A DNA stretch of 64,000 bases, taken from assembly GCF_036321535.1 (NCBI RefSeq), contig NC_087437.1:121832001-121896000 (forward strand). The letters are read 5' to 3'. Under the pieces are notes generated by a model, which made no database searches, was not told the DNA's origin, and saw nothing but the letters and a program-made list of their open reading frames with translations. The DNA comes from Camelus dromedarius (taxonomy: Eukaryota). A program made the position numbers and the translations under genes. Below, piece after piece: positions 48,513 to 59,339 of this stretch. Numbering within the stretch: the stretch's first letter is position 1; each line of letters begins with the position of its first letter.

Positions 48513-48683
48513 ATTGGTTTCTTTCCGCTGAGGTTGCCGAGCTCCGATTGGCCGAGCCCGTCGCCGTTCCGCCATCGGATTGGCCCGCGGCGCCCGCTTC
48601 GGCGAGGCCCTGCTCCTGGTCGGGGGCGGGGCCAGCGGCGGAGCTCGGCCCGGGATTGGTCAGCGGCTCAGAGGGGGCGGGAC
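48513..48683 (+). promoter_or_regulatory. Proximal promoter: four inverted CCAAT boxes plus Sp/KLF GC boxes, TATA-less
   Basis: ATTGG at 48513, 48547, 48579 and 48655; GGGGGCGGGGCC at 48622 and GGGGGCGGGAC at 48673. Confidence 0.8.
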
Positions 48684-48719
48684 CGCGCCGCGCGCAGCGC
48701 CTCGCCTGGAGCGCAAGGA

Positions 48720-48866
48720 GCAGCTACCGCCGTCTCAAACGCCTCAGTCGCCTCAGGCTCGGTCTCCTCAGGCTCCGCCGCCGCAGGGATCGCCCCGTTC
48801 CCACCCCCCGGCCCCGCCCCGGCCGCCCGCCGTCAGCCTGCGGACACGCCCTCTGTCGAGGGACAG
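48720..48866 (+). other. Putative non-coding first exon (5'UTR) of a gene extending rightward beyond the window; start approximate
   Basis: Immediately downstream of CCAAT/GC boxes, contains no ATG, ends in consensus CAG|GTGAGT (intron starts 48867), followed by G-run-rich sequence and mostly antisense L1s. Confidence 0.75.
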
Positions 48867-51507
48867 GTGAGTGAGTGGTCGCCTGCAGGGCCAGGGATCG
48901 GAGGCGGGGAATCGGGGTCCCAGCCCGGGTCCTGCTCCGGATCGGGGGTCAGGGTCCGGGCCGGGGTGAGCCGGGGTCGGGGCCAGGGATCGGGGTCGAG
49001 CGTCGGGGGTCGGGGTCCGGATTGGGATCCGGGCGGGAGATGGGGGGTCACGCCGGGGCCGGGGCCCGGGTTGGGGTCGAGGTTGAGCCGGGGGTCGAGG
49101 CCGGGGGTCGGAGGTCCGTGGCCGGGGCCGGGGTCCGGGCCGGGCAGGAGGCGCAGGTCCCTGCCCGACCGCGCCCGGCCTTGAGCCCGGAGGACCCCCG
49201 CCCGGCCCGGACCAACTTGGGCGGCAGCGGGGTCGCCGGCGGGGCCGGGCGGGGCGGGGCGGGGTCCGGGCGGGCCCCGCGGGCCCCCGGAGCGCCCCCT
49301 CCTCAAGGTAGCGCCGGGGCAGAGGCTGCGAGCCCCGGAGACAGCCGAGCCGGGCGGAAAGCGGACGCGGGGAGGGTTTAAGAATGAAGCGGTACGTGGC
49401 TTGGGCGGAACGCGGACCCCGCCTCGGCCACCCCGGCTCCCCACCCCCGCCCCAAACCCTGAAGTTGTAAACAAGAACTGTGCTCTCGAAAACAGGGCGT
49501 CGGGCTTGCTTGTCAGTAGACATCCGCCACGATTTTGCTCTGGACTTTATGAAGCTTAAATTTCAAAACGGTCTAAGTTTCGTCGCGTCTGACTGAGGAA
49601 CGTTCTGAGGAAAACATGACCTCCGCGCGCGGCTCGGGGCGGGCGGGACGGAGGGCGGGAAGCAGCGCGCACGGAGGGCGGCGACGGCGTCCGCGCCCCC
49701 CGAGCCGCGCGCCGCGGGGGAAGGGGACGTGTGCCGGTGCCTTTGTGCGCTCCCCCCCCCCCCCCGCCAGCCACGCAGGGGCTCATCTGCCTGCTGACCC
49801 TGCGTCGGCGCCAGGAGCAGGTTAGATGGGGCGGGGGCAGGTTCCTCCCTTTCGGCCACTGTATTTTCTTCTTTTATTTGGGGGTGGGTCAAAAAGTGTT
49901 TCCACTTATTGTTCCCACCAGTGTTCTGCTCTGGACGTATCATTGACTGAAAGTGTTTATTACTATTATTATTATTTTTGCCTGGTAGTGTTAATACTTC
50001 CCCCCTTACTACTCTGAAGTATATTACTTGCATAACAAATTTTGAAAGTTAACAAAAAGTCCGGTCCTAAATCCTGTTCCTGGGGTTGATTATCTCCCTC
50101 CCACCTTCCTCTGAGGTAGCACGGACTTCTGGGTCTCTTTGGCCCTGCGTGTGAGCTAACAGCCCTCTGCGTTGATGAGGACTTAGGATGTGTGATTCAC
50201 CAAAAGGAATCCTGGGGTAGTAGGACCTTGATGAGAGACCTTTGCAGAGTAGACTGGGTGATGAACAGACCCTCCAGCTCACACTGTTCCTCTGACACAG
50301 GCCCTCCCACATCCTTCTGAAATTTACTTGCTTTCAGGGGGTTAACTGTTGTCCCTTTTCTCGAACTTGGCTTTAGAATTGCGAACCAAAGGAAATGTGC
50401 AAGGGTGCTTCCCTATTGAAGACAACTGACTTCCAGTCCCTTTGTACACAAGAACAATTCATCATATTAAAATGTCTCAGAGACGTGTATTTTGGTCCAA
50501 GGTGACGGTTTGCAGAACGGTGACACTCTGGACGGATCGTTGGCAAGATCCCAAAAGATCTCTCACTAATCCTCACATCGGGGGAGCTGGAGTAGTTGTA
50601 GGGGATGTGTTCAGACTTGGAGATCCATCAGAAACCAAGGGGTCTTCAAATAGAGATGCAATCGCTGACTAACTGACACTGGTCACTTCCAAGCACTGAT
50701 GCTTTACTCTTGCATGTAGATGCTGCTGTTTATACAGTGCAATGTTCATTACAAGTGTGTTAGAATTTATATAACTTCATGCATTTTCTGAGTCAGTTAA
50801 TACCCAATATTATAAGGTTTTGAAAAAAGATTTGATGGTAAAAGGAGTTGTTTTGTTTTGTTTTGTTTTGTTTTAACTGAAAAGATTGGATATCCTGTGT
50901 AGAATTTAGGGCTTGTGACTGGTATTGCCACAGGTGGTGGTGATATTGGACTTCAGAACATCACTTTTCTACATATATTTATTAATACTCAGGGTTAGAA
51001 ATACATAGCTTTATGATTACATTTTGAGGCTATTCATGAGAAAATTTCAACACATGGGTTCATTTTATTTAGAAAGAAACTATCTTTCCCCCTGATGTTC
51101 GAGGAAGGCTGACAGCATGCTGTGTTTGTGTTTGCAAAAGTCCCATGAGGTCCTTGAAACAGTCTAGCCATTCAAGGCTGGACGCTGTGTTTCTGTTTCA
51201 ACAGTTTCAGTTCCTGGACCTGTAGCCATTTCATGGACCTCCAGCCATGTGTCAATGGTAAAGTCATTCCTATTTTCACAGATATCTCAGGGCTTTATTA
51301 TAAAAGTAATCACTGAAGCCGATCTTGGTAGGTAAAAGTTGTATACCCCTTTGGTGAAGAAGGCTGTCCTTTGAGCAATAACAAAGAAAAATACCTGCTA
51401 ATGTATTGTAATCACCCCAAGTTAAACATTAGAAAGGATACTGTAGATTTTGGGGGAGGCTCTGGTGTCTCTTAGCTCTCAGCCCTGGCGGCAAGCAAGT
51501 GGTGGGG

Positions 51508-51528
51508 TCCACTGTCCATGGTGCTGAA
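51508..51528 (-). promoter_or_regulatory. Canonical RE1/NRSE (REST binding site)
   Basis: Minus strand TTCAGCACCATGGACAGTGGA; both half-sites (TTCAGCACC, GGACAG) with canonical 2-nt spacer, in non-repeat sequence. Confidence 0.8.
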
Positions 51529-52439
51529 TGTGTGGATTTCTGTTTCTTTGTCTCAAATTTCCTTTCCAGTGTGAGTGCTTTTTGGAGTTTTAAAATGAAT
51601 TTAATAATTCAGACTATTAAAGAAGAGTTGAACAGGTGAGTTCTATTGAGCCTGAACGGAAGCATGCCTTTTAAAAACTCAAGCCATGTTAATATTTCTT
51701 TCTTTCTTTCATTTTAAAGTGGTAATTGTGCTGAGTTAACACTTCCTTCGCTTTAGTCTCCTTAGCCCCAGGTGGGAATTTTCTTGCTAAAGTATGGACA
51801 TCGAGTAACAAACCATTGAAGAAATTAAAAAAGTCCCTGTTTGCTTAACAAGCACTCTCTAAAAAAGGCATTCTTTATTATAACATATGCGTATATTTGT
51901 ACGCAGAGGCAATTTGTTTTTCCGTAAACTGGGTTGATTGTAACATCCCTCATCCTCACCACATGGTGCTTCCCAGTCTTCCTGGAGAGGGACTGGAACT
52001 ATCTGAGTATGTGGTAGGGCTGGTGGGCAGTTGCCAGGCATTCCTGCCTTGGACCAACATCTACTCTCTTGTCTATAATTTTGAGGACAAATCTTTGTAA
52101 ATCATTTTAGATAAATCCTTTATTTCTCTTGAGGTTAATTTTGTCTGTTACTTTAGAGTTGCCCCACAGGCTAGCAGTTAAAAATAATGGGTGTCACTTG
52201 TGATATAGAAATTCTTCCACATGATAGTAAGTTGTGCATTAAATGAAGCTTTGGATTGTTGGTGTTTTTGTTAGGAGCATCTGAACTAGTTCTTTGGCCC
52301 CATCACCTGCACACTTAACCCAAGTTATTCTTTGACATCTGTTTTGTTGAAGGAAACCCAGGGCAGCTTCCTTCTGCCTCTTCCAAGCCTCAGAAATACT
52401 CTCTGAGCTCCTACTCTTCGCCAGGTCCTGTGTAATGAT

Positions 52440-53490
52440 TTGGGAACCCACAGGGGAATGAGACAGAGTTCTTATCATTGAAGGCCTCGCTGCTTTGGAC
52501 TGAGGAAAGGATATGAAAACAGATGGTTACAGGAAGCCATGCTCAGTGCTGCAATTGGGATACACAGAAAGCTGTGTTGGTGTGTTGAGAAGATGTGATT
52601 CATTTAGGCTGAGAATCAAAGAAGGCTTCAGGGAGGAAGTGGCCTTTGGGTTGAGCCCTGGAGTTTGAGTTTTAATTGTTTGGGCATGAATAGGTAGTCA
52701 CCAATTAGAAAAAGACCAGAAGGTTGACATCATTGGAAGACAGGGTGTATGGTGGTGCAGAGACTAGAGGTGTGGGAGGCATTGTGGAAGGGTTGGGACG
52801 CCATTGGAGGTGTGGGAGGGAGAGTTGAGGAGAGGTTATGTGGTAGGCAAAATAGTGGCTCACCTAAAGCTATCTACATCCTAATCTGCATAACTTGTTA
52901 TATTATGTGTCAAAGAGGATTTAAGGTAGCTTGTTATATTATGTAGCAAAGAGGATTTAAGGTAACAGGTGGATTGAAGATTGCTAGTCAGTTGATTTTA
53001 AAATAAGATTATCCTAGATTACCCAGGTGAGCCCGAAGTTATCACCACGAAGGGTCATTAAATGTGGAAGAGGGATGCAGAAGAGTCAGTGTCAGAGTGA
53101 TGTGAAATGAGGAAGACTCTACCCCTCATTGCTGGCTTTGAAGATGGAAGGGGTCATGAGCCAAAGAATGCAGGCAGCCTCCAGAAGCTGGAAAAGGCAA
53201 GAAAATGGTTTCTCCTGCCAAGCCTCCAGAAAGGAACACAGCCCTGCTGGCACCTTGGTTCTAGCCCAGGGAGACCTGTGTCTGATTTCTGATCTCCAGA
53301 GCCGTAAGATAATTAATTTGTGCTGTGTTAGACACTAAATTTATGGAAAAAAATTTTTAGAGCGGCTGCAGGAAACTCATGTGAGTTGAGACTCTGTTCT
53401 AGAAGGTTTTAGCTGGCGAAGTTTAAGGAGGAAATAACATGGTCACATTGGCTATAGATAATAAACTGATTCAGCTGCTGTGTAGGAGGG
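52440..53490 (-). mobile_element. L2 fragment interrupted by an MLT1 LTR
   Basis: 'tcaaagaaggcttcagggaggaagtggcctttgggttgagcc' and, after the LTR, 'aacatggtcacattgg...gctgctgtgtagg'. Confidence 0.6.
52839..53381 (+). mobile_element. MaLR solo LTR (MLT1D/E-like) with internal 36-bp duplication
   Basis: TGTGGTAGGCAAAATAGTGGC start; 'gctggctttgaagatggaagg...ccagaagctggaaaaggcaag'. Confidence 0.85.
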
Positions 53491-53659
53491 GGTTGCCCTA
53501 AGTAAGCATGCTTCTGATCCCCAGTTTCATCTCCTGGCAATATTGGCATCTGATATTGCCTTACCTGGCCTGAGTCCCACTTGAAGTCTTCCTCTAAACA
53601 GTCTGCTCAGCCTCCACCCCTGCTAATTGCCATGTCCCACTGGTCCCCTTTTCCTCTGT

Positions 53660-55060
53660 GCTGGGTACTCAGGAGAGAGTGGACCAGGTATACATCTACA
53701 CGTGGAATTGTGGGGTCATAGGGTAGGCCCACTTCCAATCTCAGAGCTGTTGTCAAAATATTTTCCAAAGATTTGTTTCTTCATATCCTCACTAATCCTT
53801 TGTATGTTCATATGTTTTAATTGTTTTCAGTTGAGTAGATTTGAAATATCTCACTGTTTTCATTTGTATTTCCTTGATTACTAGTGAGTTTGGGGATTTT
53901 CAAAATCGATTTATTAGATATCTGGGTTTCCTCTTCTGTAAGTTGTATTCTGATATTGTTCATCTGTTTGTTGCCTGGGTTGTCCTTTTTATAGCTTTTT
54001 AGAAGTTCTTTATATATTCTGGATTCTATTTGTGTATTTTTTTTATCCTTTTAAAAATACTGTTTTGATGAACAGATGTTTAATTTTAATGTAGTCAAGT
54101 TTATCAGTCTTTTCCTTATGATTTGTGGTTATTAAGTCTTATTTGAGAAATCCTTTTATTACCCCAAGGTCATAAGATACCTTCCTCTTTAAAAATATTT
54201 TGAATATTTCCTCTTCATGTTCTACTTTGAACTTATTTTTGTGTGAGGTGTGAGGTGTGAGGTGTGAGGTAGAGATATAATTTTAGAAGTTTTCCAAACG
54301 CATAACCAGTTCTACCAGTACCACTTATTGTACCATCCTTTCCCCAGTGATCTGCAATGCTACCTTTGAAACATACCAGATCTCGCAAATGTGTGGGTCT
54401 GTTTCTAATTTCTCCATATCAGTAATGATAATTTCATTTCTTCTTTCCTAGTCCTTACATCTTTTTTTTTTTTTTTTTGGTCTTAGTTCTTTTGTTTGGA
54501 CCCCTACCAAAGTTGCGTAGAAATTGCAATAACACTATCCTAATATTGTTTATTACCTTAAAGGGAATGTTTTCAAAGCCTTGATTATGAAGTTTGGTAT
54601 ATATATTGGTAGATACCTTTTATTAGGTTAAGGATGGTCTTATCGACTAATAGTTTGATAAAAGATTTTTAAAAATCATTAATAGATTTTAATTTTATCA
54701 GATGGTTTTCTTTACTGATTTAGATAATTTTACATCTTTTCTTCTTTGAACTCTGAGGTGAAATATTTTAATCTTTTAATTTTAAACCATTCTTGATTTC
54801 TTGGGATAAACTATAGTTTGTCATGACATACGACATCTAAAACTTATTGTTGTATCCAATATGATGGTATTTCATTTATGATTTTGGCCTATATTTTCAT
54901 AAGAAGTATTGACCAATAACATTCTCTTCTTGTATTGCTCTTAATTGGATTTGGTATCAAAATGATGCTGCATCATTTCTGTAATAGTTTCTGAAAGAGA
55001 AGGATATTTGTTCCTTGAAAGTTTGGCAAAATTGCTTCTTAAATGTTCTACATCTGGATT
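53660..55060 (-). mobile_element. Ancient L1 (L1ME-like) ORF2/3' fragments
   Basis: T-rich antisense L1 motifs such as 'gttctttatatattctggat' and 'gtagataccttttattaggttaagg'. Confidence 0.75.
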
Positions 55061-55729
55061 TTAGAACATGGAGACTCTTGCAATTAATCACTTTAAGAGG
55101 GTCACTGGTCCATTTTAATTGGCTGGGGGGAGTTGTTCTGGACATGCCTAGTTTCAGACAGGGGCAGGAAGGTGGAATCATCCATGTTCCAGAAGTTTAG
55201 GACAACTGGATACAGGTAAATATTAGTAATATTTACTAGACTGTGGATACTAATTGGTGTTAATGCTGCTGAGTTAGTCAAAATTCAAACTGTGTTCCTT
55301 TCTAGGTCTTGTTTATAGTTTTTGCAAGTATGTTGTCCATCAAGGAACCAATTAGAATATGAAACTAGACATCATATTGGTTTGTTTCTTGTGAACAAAC
55401 CATCCTGCTTACTTTTCTAGAACCTACCTTGGGAATTGCTGCCTCTCAACCTCTCCTTATTGCAGAGGAAAAATCTCCCTTTCTCATTCCGCTGTTGATC
55501 TAAATCTTAACCATCCTTCAGGGCTGGCGCTGGACCTACCAAAGTTTCCCAGATGAATTCTGACTCATGGTGAACCCTCCCTTTGCTTTTTACAGTACTG
55601 TCCTGCCTCACAAATATAGAGGGCAGGGTTTGGTTGTGTTTATGAGTGGTCAGTTGATCAGAAGTGTATTCAGATCCAAGTGAAAAAACTTCCCTCCTTT
55701 GTCTGAGCTCAGCACTGGGAAGCTTGATA

Positions 55730-56284
55730 GAGTGGACAGACTGTATGGGGTTGGCCCCACCGTGATCCCCAACTCCTATTATTCATGCCTTTGTATAATT
55801 CCCGTCCCCATTGAGGTGGGAATCTAACTAATGCAATAAGACAAAAGTGAGGGGATGTCTCTTCCATGATTATGTTATATATAATTTCATCTTGTTAGAA
55901 ACTAATTTAGAGACTATCTTTGCTAGCTTGAGTAAGTACCAGTGTTGGGGAAGCCCACATGGCAAGAATTGCAGGTGATCTCTAGGAGCTGAGGGCAACC
56001 TCCAGAAACAGCCAGTAGGAAGCAGGGGTCCTCAGTCCTATAGCAAGGATAAAACTTCTGCCAAAACCTGAGCGACCTTGGAAGCAGATTCTTCCCCAGT
56101 TGAGCCTGCAGATGAGAACACAGCCTTGCCAACATCATGATTGCAGTCTTATGAGATCCTAAGCTGAGGACCCAGTTAAGCCTGCTCAGACTCCTGACCC
56201 ACAGAACTATGAGATAATAAATGTGTATTGTTTTAAGTTGCTAAGTTTATGATAGTTTGTCATTTAGCTGTAGAAGACTAGTGT
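55730..56284 (+). mobile_element. MaLR solo LTR (MLT1E-like)
   Basis: 'ttggaagcagattcttccccagttgagcctgcagatgagaac...gagataataaatgtgtattgttttaag'. Confidence 0.85.
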
Positions 56285-57359
56285 ACCAAATCTGTACAAC
56301 CTGCCTGTTACCTTCACTAGAAGTGGGTTTAGGCTGATGAAGGGTATTTGAGTCTATTTGAGAGAATCAGTTTTTTATTTTAAAGCTTTTTTCTATTTAT
56401 AAAAATAATACAAGTATTTTGTATAGAAAAATTGGAGTAGGCAGAAAATATAAAGGACAAAATAAACTTTTTTCTTTGTAGATAGCATTTCTTTGTGTCG
56501 TATCATGTTCTTCTACAGTATGATTTTGAATGGCTGCATACTATTCCAATGGGTGTCCCAGTTTACTGAACTACTTTCCAATGACTGGATATTTATGCTG
56601 CTTTAAAATATTTACCATCATAAATAATGCTTTAATAAGTATCCTATACAAAAATCATTGTATGTATCACTGATTATTTCTGAAATGTAAATTTCTAAAT
56701 GCAGAATTATTATGCCAAAACTTGTAGATATTTTTAAACTTTCTGGTATGTAACCATTCAGCTTCCAGAGTTTCTTGAAAAAGTATACAGCTTAAGCATC
56801 TGTTTCTGTAACTCACCAGGTTGGGATAGGACAGAACTATTGATTTTTGAGCATTTAAGTTCCTGTTTCCTTAACTCTGTTTGCAAAGTGCTTTTAAATT
56901 ATCCATTAAAGTGCAGTATGGATTCTATTTATAGGCACATTTGTGTATGAGATTGCTCCCTTATGTCTGGGCAGAAAGCCTACAGATTGCTATTATCACA
57001 TCCCTGTTTTTGGAAATCCTTTTCTACTCCTATCTACCCTTTCTTGGTTTTCAACCAAATACAGACACTGAGACACATAAGGTCTTGTAGCTCAGATGGT
57101 TGCTCAGATGAAATGGCTATTTTAAGTATCTTCTCTTCATTCATTATCTAGTTGACTTCAAAAAGATGACCAATCAGAAGAATATTAATTATTAATTCAA
57201 AAATAATTTTCATGATTCATAAGATGAGTGCTTATTTAGAGATTTTCTAGAAGAAAGATGAGCATCAAAAGCAGAATAAAAATCTTTAATTCTGTCACCC
57301 AGAGATGACCACTATATAAACATGACTTGTTCATACTAGTTTATTCTTAATATTGATTA

Positions 57360-59335
57360 AATTCTGATGACTAATTTTGGGGTGAGGGGGCGATTTTTGC
57401 ATTCATGTCTATGAGTGAAATTGGCCCATAATATTCTTTTCCTATAGCTGTTCTTTCTAATTTGAAGTGAATGCTTAATTTATTAATTTGCAGCTTTTCT
57501 CTTTTACTAATACATGCATTTAAGGTGATACATTTTCTTATAAATAATGCTTCAACTGCATCAAACAAAGTTTGATTTGAGGTATTTTCATTATTGTTTA
57601 ATATGTGCTGAATTGTTCCTCCCTCAAATTCCTGTGTTGAAGCCCTAACCCCCCAATGTCATGGTACTTGGAGAGGGGGCCTTTGGGAAATAGGTCTAGA
57701 TGAGGTCGTGAGTTTGAGGTCATTACGATGGGATTAATGCATTATATGAAGCGACCAGAGAGCTTGCTCTCTGTCTCTCTGTTTCTTGCCACGTGAAGAC
57801 ACAGCAAGAAGGCAGCCATCTGCAAGCCGGAAAGAGGGCCCTCACCAGAGCCTGACAATGTCGGCACCTGGTCTCAGGCTACCCAGCATCTGGAACTGTG
57901 GGAGATAAATGTCTGTTGTTTAAGGCACCCAATCTACGCTATTTTGTTATAGCAGCCTGAGCTGACTAAGACAATGTATTTTCTAATTTCTATTATGATG
58001 TTTTTCTTTGATTTCTAGGCCGTTTAGAAGAATATTTAAGAATTTCCAAACATATGCATATTTTCTTATTTTATTCTTTTCCATTACAATTGCATTGCCC
58101 AAAGATCCTGCTCTTTATGATTCTAATCCCTTGAAATTTGCTGATGTGCCTTACAGCTTGGAAGATGGTCTATAAGTTTTCTCAAATGTGCTTGTGTGCT
58201 TGAGAAGAATTAGGTTCAGTGTTCTTTATATTCTATTCAGCTAACTTGATAAGCATATTACTTACATCTTCTGTTTTCTAACTACTTTTTGTTTTGGTCT
58301 GATTGTTATATGAATTACTAAGATAATTACACAATTTCATTATGATTATGGATTTGTCTTATTTCTCCTTGTAGTTCTGTCAATTTTTATTTATATACTT
58401 TGAGACCATGTTATTAGGGGCGTGCAAATTTAAAATTCTTATGTCTTCCTGATGAATTGAGACTTTAAGTATTATGAGTGGTTCTCTTTATCTCTAATAA
58501 TGAATCTTTGCCTTTATGGTATAATGTGTCTGGTGCTAATGTAGCCATATCAGATTTCTTTAGGCTTATATTTCTATGGTACCTTGTTTTAAATTTTACT
58601 TTCAGACTTACTGTATTCTTTTAGTTTAGCTATGTCTCTTGCAAAGATTATACAGTTAGGCTTTTTTCATCCAATCTGATCATCTTTGTCCTCTAATGGG
58701 AACAGTCAGCTCATTTACATTGAATGTATGATTATTGATCTATTTGCATTTAAATCCACAATCCTATTATATCTTACTCCTGTCTCACATTTTCTGTGTT
58801 TATTTTTCTCTCTTTTCTTGTATTATTTGAAACTAGTATTACGATTTTTAAAAAATCATTGTACTTTTCCATTCTCTCTGGTACATTGGAGGTTATATTA
58901 TATTTTTCTTTCTTTTTGTGGTTACTGTGTAAATTAGATAATGTGTTATTAACTTACCCAGATAATGCAGTTTTACCTTCCTCTTGGACCATACAAACAT
59001 CATATTTCTTAGAATACCTGCACTCCATTCACCCTTCCAGATTTATATGTGCTTGTAATTTTGTATTTTAATTGTATATGATTTTTTAAACTCAATGAAA
59101 CAATATTAACAGTATTTAATTAGCAGTATTTAACATACTGTCACTATTCATTTAGATTTATTCACGTTTTTACCCATTCTTTGCCTTTCATCACTCTCTG
59201 ACATTTCTGTCTTTCATTTTGGTGTTGTTTCCCTTCTGCCCCAAGAGCCTTCTTTAGAAATTTCATTTTTTGCTGGTAGTAGACACTCCGATTTTTTTTT
59301 CTATAAGTACTTTAATTTCACTTTTATTATTTTTA
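57360..59335 (-). mobile_element. Ancient L1 (ORF2 N-terminal to ORF1) interrupted by an MLT1A-like LTR
   Basis: ORF-track peptide 57371-57568 (KCITLNACISKREKLQINKLSIH) resembles L1 ORF2; antisense L1 motifs continue after 57974. Confidence 0.7.
57595..57973 (+). mobile_element. MaLR solo LTR (MLT1A-like)
   Basis: 'gttgaagccctaacccccaatg...gtgaagacacagcaagaaggcagccatctgcaagcc...tgttatagcagcctgagctgactaagaca'. Confidence 0.88.
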
Positions 59336-59339
59336 AAAT

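Larger units (their letters stand above)
47880..49830. promoter_or_regulatory. CpG island promoter
   Basis: Very high GC and CpG density, many GC boxes, surrounds a first exon and donor. Confidence 0.9.

Noticed and set aside
48288..49523. Pro/Gly/Arg-rich ORFs of 170-300 aa
   Set aside because: CpG-island artefacts on both strands that cross the splice donor
51281..55330. Small intronic exon candidates (after ttttcacag ~51280 and tttctag ~55305)
   Set aside because: Weak splice-site pairs with no other support
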